Notes under the pieces: generated by a model
Told to the model about the DNA's origin: nothing
Database searches by the model: none
The model's input: the letters and a program-made list of their open reading frames with translations, nothing else
Shown here: piece after piece, positions 23,043-34,500 of the stretch
Numbering within the stretch: position 1 is the first letter of the stretch
Layout: each line of letters begins with the position of its first letter
Assembly (NCBI GenBank): GCA_040954595.2
Contig: CM082596.2
Coordinates: 4,482,081 to 4,546,080, forward strand
Source: Balanoglossus misakiensis
Lineage: Eukaryota; Animalia; Hemichordata
Direction of reading: 5' to 3'
DNA length: 64,000 nucleotides
Made by a program: the position numbers and the translations under genes

Positions 23043-26000
23043 ATGGGCTCGGCGCCGGCCAAAGCTGAGAAGCCCACAGTAATCGGGATGGCAAAAACAT
23101 TTGAAGAGAAGGCTACCTTAGTGGTGAACACTTTTGAAAGTTGCCTCCGAGATCAGCAGAATGAAATCTTGAAAAGACTTCTTCTCAAATGCCAGGTGAG
23201 GTTTGAAACACGTGGTCACATGCAGGAATAGTGGGGTCCAGACACTGAACAAAATATACTTTGTAGACATGCACTCATGCAGACAATTTCTTGATATTTC
23301 AGTCCAAGGCGACAGTTCTATTTTGATCACTGTGCGCAATATCTGAAGTTATTGTGGAATGTTAACACTGATTATAAAGTCACATATTTTGGTTTCTATT
23401 ATGCAGCCTTTACAACTGAGATTTCTGTATGCCGAATTGAAACCGTTACTGGCCGTGGATTTTGTGGCTTATCTACCTAGAGAACTGAGCGAAAGAATCT
23501 TCTTTTACCTGGATGCAAAGGATCTTTGCAGAGTGGCTTGTTGTAATAAGCTGTGGAGGGAAAGGTCAAATCATGACCCCGTGTGGTAAGTGACGATGAC
23601 AAGATTTCATCCACTGTAAAAAAAATCTGTGACTGATCATTAATTAAAAAATCAAATTAAATAATCACAGACTATTCCTTCTTCTAGTAACCGTGCCAGA
23701 ACCAACAAGAGAGTGAAGATGAATTAGATAGGAATTAAGAATATATGTAACCAAGTACTTCCATCTTCACTGTTTTCACTACAGGCAAGCTTTATGTGAC
23801 AAGAAAGGCTGGCTACGATACGGCAACGATGCCGATTTAGTATCGGAACGATCTATCTCTCCAGATGGCTCAAACGCATCACTAACATCACCTAGGTATA
23901 TTTCCCCCGATGCTCTGAGTTCATTGACTGCCATCTGTAAATGGAAGGATGTGTACATGAGAGCCTACCATCTGGATCTCAACTGGGCCACGGGCAAGTA
24001 CACGGTGGCGCCGGTGTTGAAGGGACACAAGGAACAGGTGATAGCATTGGACTCGGACGGTAAGCGAAACCTGTCACCCCCTATTTCACAGTGCAGAGAT
24101 CCTGCAGACATTGAGATGAACCGTGGTTGGAGGTACAAAAGACTTCATCAAAGTTCAGTGGGTCAGAAAAGCTCAATGAGAAAACCATATATAGGAACTG
24201 TTCATTTGCATACATATTATACAGTGTATATGGAAATATACTGTAACGCATAGTTTCATACATATAGATGCTCTAGGCAACCATTGAAATGACTATCGAT
24301 ATCTTACAGGTAAGATATTAGTGAGTGGAAGCCATGACAGAACAGCCAGAATATGGGACCTACACTCACTACAGTGTGTGCATGTATTGGATGGACATAC
24401 CGAGTATGTTACTTGCTTGAAACTCAAGGTGAGTAAAAAAGAACACATAGGCAGACATCACAAATATTGTCAGATATATTTCCTGTATTTGATTTTCTCT
24501 CTTTTATCTTTGACAGGGAAATGTTGTTGTGACTGGATGTTCTGATGGCATTGTACGTGCGTATGATGTGAAGACCGGCCGATGTCTCAAGAAATTGGAA
24601 GGGCATACCAATGGTGTGGAGTGTGTGTGTTTTGACGGCAAAACTATCGTCAGTGCAGCCAATGACAAGTAAGTGGGGATCAAAGACTTTCTGTCTAGTT
24701 GTTGTAACTTGACACTGTTTCTCATTTTGTAACCATATCTATGATTTCTATCTAGGACACTAAGAGTCTGGTTATACCACAGCAGTAAATGTGTGCATAT
24801 AATGAGAGGTCACCAAGATGATATTGAGGTCAGTGTCATATTGCGGATGTTTAAATTCATTCATACCACTTTATGTGACTTTCAGTTGACTGAGGCGTTT
24901 TGGTGCATGCAAAGAACTCATCTGGCAATAAGATGCTCTCACTTTGCTATTTGTACACACACAAGATCAGATGGGGTTTTATTTTTCCATTGTTACTGAC
25001 TCTTTTATCTGTGTTTTCCTTCACACCCGCAGTTCCTGTCGATGTACGGTGATATGGCGGTATCTGCAAGCTGGGATGAAACTCTCAAACTGTGGAATCT
25101 CAAGAAGGGGATCTGTGTCCACACGCTGAGGGGACATACTGAAGGTGAACAACCACCTACAAGAGATTACTGCAGTAGTTGGCTGACCAGTTGATTTTCA
25201 CGTGATTCTAAATTAAACTTTTTAACATTTGCACCTTATGTCATGTTTTTCTGTTTTCCCCACAGTTGTTTATTGTTGTCAGTTTGATAACGACATGATT
25301 GTCAGCGGTGGGGGAGACAACCACATCAAAATATGGGACACGGAAACTGGCTACTGCAGACAAACAATGATAGGACACACTGGAGAGGTGGTGGGTACTT
25401 GCTCTCAGTGTTTGCTTGTTGAAACTCGTGTTGTGTCTTGCTCATTTGTTAATGGGGTGATCATTTAAACTGTCTGATTGTTCACAAGTTTTCAGTCCAT
25501 TGAATCAGTCCTCTACTGCCTCAAGGAACTGAAATTGACTGAGTATTAACATAACAACACAACATGTTGCAACGATGGTCCTTTTCACAGGGGTTTGTGT
25601 TTGTATTTTACAGTACTGTATTGCGTACAACAGTGAAGTGATAGCCTCAGGGTCTTCAGACAGTACAGTCAGGCTCTGGAACCATCAAGGTAAGGCTACA
25701 CAACTTTCTTGTCATTAGTCATTACGACATTAGTCACAATATTAACCATCCTGAAGATGTCAGTTACAAGAATCTTTAAAAGAGCACAAGAAAATTACTA
25801 TCTTTATATTTTTTTTTTTTAATTTCTACAGGTATATGCCTTAATGTGATGAAAGAACACATTGGTGTTGTCAGGTGTCTGAGTTTATATGGACCAAGGC
25901 TTGTCACTGGTGGAGATCGAAAGAAGATAGTTGTGTGGGATGCTCAGGTAATTAGACAATCTGTCTTGACACAATTACTGGCAGCTGACCCAACTGGCAA

Positions 26001-26199
26001 ACCACAATTCTAATGGGAAAGTAGATTATGTAGTGATGAGATTTCTTTCTCACTATTTCTTTGCCAGCAGACAGGAAAGAAGTTGAATGTGGTTCACCGA
26101 AACCCGACTCTGCTTCACAAGATGTGGGTGAATGACACCAAACTGGTCATCGCTTCCCCAGAATCGCCCGGTGCTATTACTGTGATCAGTTTCTGGTAA
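23043..26199 (+). CDS. F-box/WD40-repeat protein (SCF substrate receptor; FBXW7/beta-TrCP/Met30-like architecture), 11 coding exons, ~502 aa
   Basis: Exons: 23043-23195, 23407-23585, 23785-24059, 24310-24428, 24517-24668, 24756-24828, 25033-25144, 25266-25390, 25614-25689, 25832-25947, 26071 (or 26068)-26199; GT-AG, phases consistent. D-domain-like helix (QQNEILKRLLLKCQPLQLRFL), F-box (DFVAYLPRELSERIFFYLDAKDLCRVACCNKLW), then seven clear WD40 repeats (e.g. LKGHKEQV...VSGSHDRTARIWD) plus a degenerate last blade. AATAAA at 26837. Confidence 0.9.
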
Positions 26200-27039
26200 C
26201 AATCACGTCTCAAGATCATCTAGTATTACTGTCAAGGTCACAGTCTTTCGGCCCTGTATGTTGCGTGTGGGAGAACCCCTTTAACATATATCCGGAATTT
26301 CAAGTTAGCAGTTGTATGCTAACCGTCCATTACCATGTGCATGTATCAATCCAGGGTTCCCAAAGTATTTCCCAACCCTCACACGAACTCACAAAAAATT
26401 ACACTACCCACCCAAACTGTCTTCTATTGTACTCTTGCCACATTCAAGTTCTTTACCTTTGATGTTTCGACTGCTGTTTTCAGCTGGGAATAGATCTATT
26501 TTTGAAAACATTTTAATTTATTTGTGATCTTTTAAATAACACTGAAGTTTATTGTGGAATATTACCAGTATTGTTTGTATATTTTGGTAGTAAATAGATA
26601 CTGAAATATTATATATGCTTTGCTGTTATTAATGATGTTTTTAAAACTTATTTTAGTGATAATTGTTAGGATTATGTTAACTGATATTATTACATAGTTA
26701 CTCTGACAAAAAGACATTGTAACTGTAATGGATGATGACAAATATAAATTGTATTAATTGTACCGGTAACATTCCATTATTTTATTTCCGTCCATACTGT
26801 ACATTGAAGTATTGTGATATTTATTCAATGATTTTCAATAAAATTTAATATTTTGTAACGGCTTGGAACAGAATTTGTAAATAAAGGAAATGCAGCTAAT
26901 CAGCACATTTTTGCTAGAGTGGTATTTTCTCGCACATTCACTTCTTGTTTCAGGTCACAGATTAACAAAAACAAAAGTGTGTCGTTTGATGCACATTGAG
27001 GGCACTATGCTTGTGGAGAGCGCCCTCAAACAACTGAGA

Positions 27040-27125
27040 GAAACTTTTGGTCAGAGAACTGCGGGTTCAAGCCCCGGCATACATGTGATTGAGCAAGTCA
27101 ATTGACACCTCTACCATTTCCCATC
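27040..27125 (+). mobile_element. tRNA-derived SINE fragment (B-box plus CORE-like segment)
   Basis: GGGTTCAAGCCCCGG (B-box-like, ~27063) followed by TGTGATTGAGCAAGTCAATTGACACCTCT, resembling the MIR/CORE GTGACCTTGGGCAAGTCACTTAACCTCT segment. Confidence 0.45.
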
Positions 27126-28572
27126 TGACAACCAAGCTACACTTTCGCGAGAAATCACCTAGGAATCGCGCCCCCTGGAGCACAGCCAGCAGACGGAGCC
27201 GGGAGAATTCGCACAGTGCGCCAGCATGCAGTGAGTGAAATAAACGGTGTGGGCCGCAGACAGGGAGAATAAATTAAGACACTGTCTTTCTTTTACCATC
27301 AACCGAATCCTGGGCGTCATGGGGCTAAAGCTGTGCAGTTTCATAAAACGTTTCTCTAGACCTCGATTAAACACGGGTCGCCACTCTCAATATTTTAGCG
27401 ACCCTAAGTTGGTTTTATAGAACCCCCAGAGCGACGAAGAAAGAAAAGCGCTTTCTCCGCAGAATGTGTGAACAGGCGGAGAGGAAAATTGGATTTCCCG
27501 TGACGTTTTCGCGGAAGATTGGTTCATTTCTTTTTGCCAAATCCACTTTCTCTCGGTGCGAGGAAGACTTGCGAATTTAAATTACTTCAGTTAATGATAT
27601 TCTGTCCGTATTATCATTCGACAGTTAAGTTTCTTCAGATATTTTACCGAAAAAAACTACCTATTTGACAGACACTCCATAGTCTCTTTTGTCAGTTCGA
27701 CCATGTCACAGCAGATGGCATCATGGAAGTTGGGTCTTTATAAAAACAGCGACGTGACTGGGGGAGTGTTCACTGTTGATGACACAACCCATTGAGTAAC
27801 TTCATTAGCGGGCGGAGGCATTGTCTAGCCGGCAACATTAGCCGTAAGTGGCCGCTAAGCGCTGCCCGTTCTTTGTCCACCGTTTTGTACCGGTCAACAA
27901 AGGCAGTGAAAGCGACGTGAATGGAACATTTTAGAGTGCAAATAGCAGCAAAGCGGCCATTATTAATGCAGATTTAAACACGGCATTCTTTCTTTGTAAA
28001 GCACTCACTCGACTTGTTTCAGGGTTAGCGAAAGGAACATCACATTGCACTCCGGAGCACTCGTCGCGGGCGCGGTGTCCCGTTTCGCTCCCGAATACCG
28101 AGGTAAGCAAACAACAATATTTCATGGAGATTAATGCGCGTAAGACGATAGACTGCCACCGAAACTGGCAGTGTATACCCGGAGAAGTATATATAAACCC
28201 CCTACCGATCTATAAGTGACGACATCTTACTATTGGATTGCAGTGGAACGCGCCCCCATACCGCTCTCTGGTAGACTAGTGTTCTTTATTTTTATTCACC
28301 CATTCATAGCAGGTGATTATTGACCAGTCTTAATGGCCGTAATTAATTGTTGTTGATGACGAATCAATTTGTCCTCATTTGTCATGCTGTTCGTCTCTTT
28401 TTCTCTGCCTTCTTATTGTTTAGGAGTCCGTCACTGGTCGAAATGTGCCGCAGTGTGCTGAAGTTCGAAGCGCGGCTACATTATCTGGCTTGCCATGCGC
28501 TGTATAGTAACAGACATTGAGCCGTAGCTCCATCATCAACAGTACTGCGCTTATCTCTTTTTTCTCGCTAAG

Positions 28573-31500
28573 ATGGCGTGTTCGACCACATGGAAATATT
28601 CCACAGTCAAACGGATAATTTATCGGCGCCGTGCTCACATCCTCGGTGCTGGCTTCGTGTCCCTGCTGGTACTGTGGTATAATTGCTTCGCACTTTTGCC
28701 TCCAGAAAGCGCCGGCTTCGGCGGATACCGGCTGCGGTCACCGGGGAAATACCCCGGCAACTCGGCCGTGGAATTCGAGGCTCGCCTGACGAAGCACGTC
28801 GCGGATCTGCGCGGAGACCTGGCGAGGCACCGCCGCGACGTCAACATCTACGAAAACTTCTTGAAAGATCTTCACAGCCAGGCGCTGGAGCCGAACCTGC
28901 GCCGTCTCATGGACGTGGAACGCCGCGCGAAAGCGAAACCTTTCCAGGAGAAAAACCGAACGTCAAGCGGACAGAAGTCTCCCTTGTTGGCGGAGGCGGT
29001 GGCACGTAATAAACACCATCTAACTGCAACGAACGGATGCGAAGCTCTGGCAAATGTTACCAACAGGGAACCCATCGGAATAGGATACACAAAATACGTC
29101 GAGAAGGGAACATACAAGGGAGATAACTGGGCCTTAAAATCTGTCGCTTTGAATGGCCACGACATGACGGAATGCAACAGCAAATATATGAGTTTCAGCG
29201 ACTGTCTGAAACTGGCAAATTACAAATTGTTAAAGGAGATCACCCTTCTATCACAACTGCAGCACAAGAACGTCATCAAGGTAATGTATTTTAACACCGT
29301 GTCTTAAAATCGACATTACACACGGGTGGCTCAGTTCTAAAAGCCACCCGTTTGCGAGTCGGTGAAAGTGTGTCTGGGCTGTATGTATGTGCGAAGTTCT
29401 CAGTCTAGTAGGAATATACAGAGACATACAGAGACGTGCAATTGATACCCTGTCATCGGCAGAGGCCAACGCTGAAAGTGAGGAATTCACTGGGGCGTGC
29501 CAAACGCTTTTCTTAGGATAAACAGCCACCCATCTGGCTGTGTTCACTCAATTTCTCCAGAATTTTTTTTCACGACAAAACGCATTAGATAGACGCGGGG
29601 TTTTGCCATGGCTCGCGTATATCAATCGATCCCTCGCGCGCACCGAATGAAAATAGAGCTTGCTACCAATTCACCAGAAAGGTCATGTCGACAACAAAGA
29701 ACATGGCACACAGCGACGTTCTGGTTTTACTGGTCAAAGATACGACTTAACTGCCGCACAGAGTCCTGAAAAACGCCCTATAGTGTCTTCCCTTTCTCTA
29801 ATTTACACGACTTACATTTTCCTTAGTTATATAGCAGAGCGAAACTGCCTCCTGAGCCATCGACTGTTGACCCAAATCAAACGGAGATTCCGAGGTAATT
29901 TTAGCGCTGACATTAAGTCTACCTTTTCCGCTCTATAAGACACGAAATAGTTTCTACAAGAAATGGCCCGTGGGAAATCACTGTCACGGTGTACGAAAAA
30001 GCCACCATTTACTCTAGATTCAGATGGACAGTTTTGGTATATAAACAACGCGCTGACAGTGACATAATAAATATTATATTTATGACCATTTCCCCACCAT
30101 CACTCGAGAAAAAACATACGCTCTGTTAATTTTATTGTCAAACGACATCGATTTGGTGATTTTACAACACACTTAAGGCGACATACGTTGACCTAACACA
30201 AATAAAATAACACTTTTATTTTATAGTGACATATTTGGTCTTTTGCGGTGGTTTCAGTCGCTATCAATTACTACGCGGTGTACATCTTCGGCGAGAGACG
30301 TGATTTACAGAACTATACGCAGAACTATACGTATGGTGGCATGGAGGGGCTCGTCAATGTAAAATGCCCGCTATGCTAACATGCAAAATTCAGGCCAGTT
30401 ACACGTTGTCGTCTGTTTGCACAAAAGTGAATACACCGGTATATAACTGTAGTTAACCAGGTTTGGTCTCAGAGCTGAGACTACACCGTTTGTTCACCCT
30501 CAACCGGTCTGTGAATGTGTCCCCTGATACTCATGAAACACTTCTGCGGAAAGAAACGCCGTTTTAGTTTATCTCTCGCGAAATATTGCGAATATCAGTC
30601 TTACTTAACATTTTAATAGGACTCTGTGGTACAAAATAAAACACGAAAGCTGGGAAAACAGAATTGGTTGTTTACACTGAACCAGGCCAGCCCCGGGATA
30701 TGTACACACAGACTGCAGCGGATGAAAGCGAAAATTCAAACAAACACACAGTGTACACGCAAATGCTGGAGTGTTTTTACTCCTAAACGGTGAATAGCGG
30801 GACGCCGTTTTTATGAGACGTCCATAAAGCACACGAAATCTCAACGGATGATGTCTACTGTTTCCTTGTCTTTATCAACTGATTATCTGCGCGCTAATTG
30901 GTATCCGTCTCGATTACGCGCTCATCATGGTAGACAGTAGTCGTTCTTCTTTTTCAATCCGACTGAAAGTGCTTTCTCCGATTTCTTGTACTCCATGCGC
31001 TCTACTTTCCTCTTTTAGCAACTACCGGAAAGGTTTTGCGAGAAGACGAAATCGTTTGCTGCGTGAAATGCAGCACGTCAGTGTCATTTTCGCGACAATT
31101 CGGCGGTGTTAGCAAGCCCTTGTTGCGACGCAGCCTTGCTGTAGTATATAGACCAAACGTTTGCATCACAAAACGACAGCTTTCTTTGCAACGAGAAAGG
31201 TCTAAGTTGACGTTGGAATGCCATGAAAATCGTGTAAGTTTATACATTGGTGTGTAATCAGTGACGTAACAGCAACGAAGTCGGTTGGCACCACATTGAT
31301 GAAAGACAGTCACTCGACAGGCGAAAGTCCACCGCCTTCCTAACAATGACCAGTCGTCTTGTGGCGTGAACTTGATGAAAGAGTGGTTGCCCATAACAAC
31401 AAAGAACACTTGAAATTTATCACTGACGGAGAATTTGTCCAATCACATCACCACTATGATATAGCATACGCCTACAACTAGAATTGTGTCATTCGTTAGC

Positions 31501-34500
31501 TCTGGGCGCACGATTTTGTCTTGGGCTATCACTGGGCAGGGTCTTGTAATGTGCATTCAATGTTGACCTTTCCCTAAAGTCAATGTCTGTTGGTATGCAT
31601 AAACTGCCAATAGAGTCTACGTCAGATCGGCAGTACATGTACTTGTAAATCAGCACCCTGGACCATAACTCACGCGTGCAGGACATTAATTCGTCTCAAA
31701 GCTTGCCCGGGGTAAACACAAATGACAAGTTGATCTGGCTATCGAATGGCCATTAGCCCTGTCTGCTTGTCAGGCGGGTAAGATGGGTCTATGGTCGAGT
31801 TGTCGACGTTGACGGTAATTACATACAATATACTGTCATGCTGGACCTTTGGTCATGTACGCTGATACTTAAGGATTAACTGGGATTGCTCGAATGTCTC
31901 GAGAAAGACTCGGATGCCAGCGGTAGTCGCAGTCAGAGTTTAATATGGTTTTAGGAGCTGGGTTAGCGTTCGACAGCGGATAGACCAAATGAAGCTGACG
32001 ATCCTAATTAAGACGAAGTATCGCAGAGACCCGAGTTTTGTTCGCATACTTGTGTTCCGTTACGGATGATTTGAAATAGCCAATACTTTTGGAATGTTGG
32101 AAACTCCAACACACGACCCAATACAACCCCAATCAGACAGAAATGTCTGCCACTACACATGGCACAAATTTACAGTTCATGTTTTCGCTTCGCTTGACTT
32201 CAACATTAACATCGGCGGTATTCGGGGAATTTCCAAAAGCCCCATTTTTTTTCTAAACACAACCCCTTGTTCAATCTTAATTGTCTGTCCTCGTTCTGGC
32301 TCTCCGGCACGTTCGCCGGGGAAATCTGTTTCTGAATTTTCATGAATTCACCAATTGTGCACCGAATTCAGGGCTAATGGTGAACTCCCCGACAAAGGCA
32401 GCCTCGGAATTATTTCGATTAGGAGATATCGCCCGGGGCACTCCAGAGCGAACTTCTCCTATTACCAATCAATCAGCGGTGCGCAGAGCGGAAAATGACC
32501 GATACCGAGCGCTACCTAAGACACAACACACACTCCACTCATTAATTGCAGTTTAATTTGTTGATTTTGGTTACATCAAAGCATCTATAGATTACCCGTC
32601 ACTTTATTTGCTTGCTGTGTGCCTTACGGGTATATGGTTTACTGACTCATTAGCCCAGATTCACATATTTGTTTATTCGTCCGGTTAGAGTACACATTAT
32701 TGAACGTCTCTCCCGATCCTGTCCTCGCAGGTGTCTGGTTACTGCCTCGATGATGCCACCAGCAAAGTGACAATCATGACCGAGCTGGGGACTCCTGTCA
32801 ACATTATAAGCCTTCTTCAGCAGTCATGGGAAGACAGATTTCGGGTGAGTACAAGAAAATGTCGGGCACTTTCATCTATTATTACATGCTACAATTGAAC
32901 AATAAAACGAATATTTTGTACTTCGCGGGAAAAATTTCAATTTAATTTGGCCGTATGTGGTTTTTATCCTTTTAAATGAAACCTCCATCTTTCAAGCACT
33001 ACCAGTTCACATTATCTCGTTCTTGAACGTTGCTTTGTATACGCAGCATACATTTTATCACTGTTCACACACAAAAAAGTAAAAACTTTTCCTTTATCTA
33101 ATGGGGTTCAGCTGTTAGGAATAATTCTTGAAACAAGTCCCGGTTCATCCCGTGCTTTTAAAAAATCGAAGCCTCGGGCAAGATAAGGATTTCCAGTCGG
33201 CTGTTTCCCGATGTCACGTGACACGCGACTAATGGTTTTCCCTGCATCGACTACATGTGTGTGTAAAGAGCTTTGGATTTATCTATTGTCTATCTTGATA
33301 TTTGAATAGGTGATGGAGCGACAAAAACCAAACTGTTGTAGACTTTTTCTTTAGCTCAATGCAGCATGTAGAATTTTATGAACAAGTCAATTGAATGGAG
33401 CTAGAGACGTTGACCGGCTCTTGTCCAGATGCAGGTCTACCCCGAAATTCCAGAGGCTCCGTTGTCTCAAACTCTCGATATCCAAACACAGAACAGGTCA
33501 TACCTACATTAACCCCTTCTACGGGTCAAATGTTCACACAAAGATCACGTTACACGCCATAAGGAACGCGTAATAACACGGCTCCCCTACTTTGACATAT
33601 TGGTCGATATTCCGGATATTGGCACGTCACTAACAATTGTGATTTGAGCAGAAGTAAATGTTCCGTTTGTACTATTTTACAATCCGCAGTTAATATAGGG
33701 TATACAACCCAAGAATATTGGCCTTTCTTTAGGGATTAAAAAGATATATTGTATCAAGCACATTTCTGGGTCAACTCTCGAAAAATGCTGATGCCCAGTA
33801 CACACAGCGCTGTTTGTACAGATGGTATATAAAGACTGCCGCCATCGAAGGACTGTGTATTGTTGATGCAATATTGTGATCGTTGGATTTTCTCGTGAAT
33901 ATCAATGCCCGAGGATCACGATTTTAATCAATATGCAATAAAGTTCTGTAGCACTCTTTGACCAACGGTTAAATTTCAGCATAAGCTTTCGGGAACATGT
34001 AGTCCCCTTCTTCAGATGCACTCGAGGAATGAACAGCGAAACAGAGAATCATGGGGTATTCAAATGAGAAAATATGTGCAGGACCAGGTGCCTCGGAAAA
34101 CAAAAGAAGAGTTGGGTGTGAAAATTGAACAATGGAAATGTTAATGAGAATGCAAATGTGTAAATGGGGTGGTAGACTGCAGAAAGCTGACAGTTATTTG
34201 TAGTGTGACATGAAACCATAGTCCCGGTTAAGTCCCATATCCACGAGATTTTAATCAAATAATCTAGAACTTTTAGCTCTAAATATCGAAGGTCAGTGAA
34301 TAGTTCGATTTATTTATTACCCAGTTCAGTCGTTGATTATATTTAATCTCAGTTTCCTATTTTCTTTCAGGTTTGTTTGGGCCTTAGCTCATTGTTGCAC
34401 CATCTATCTGAGTCTCCCATGGGCGGCTTGGCTATACACGACTTCAAGCTCACCCAGTTCGTCACCGTGAACGGTGAGGTAAGTAGACTCGACGTGACCC

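Noticed and set aside
30464-30483. TGGTCTCAG-AG-CTGAGACTA micro-hairpin resembling the ends of the 46660 MITE
   Set aside because: Only 20 bp and no convincing target-site duplication.
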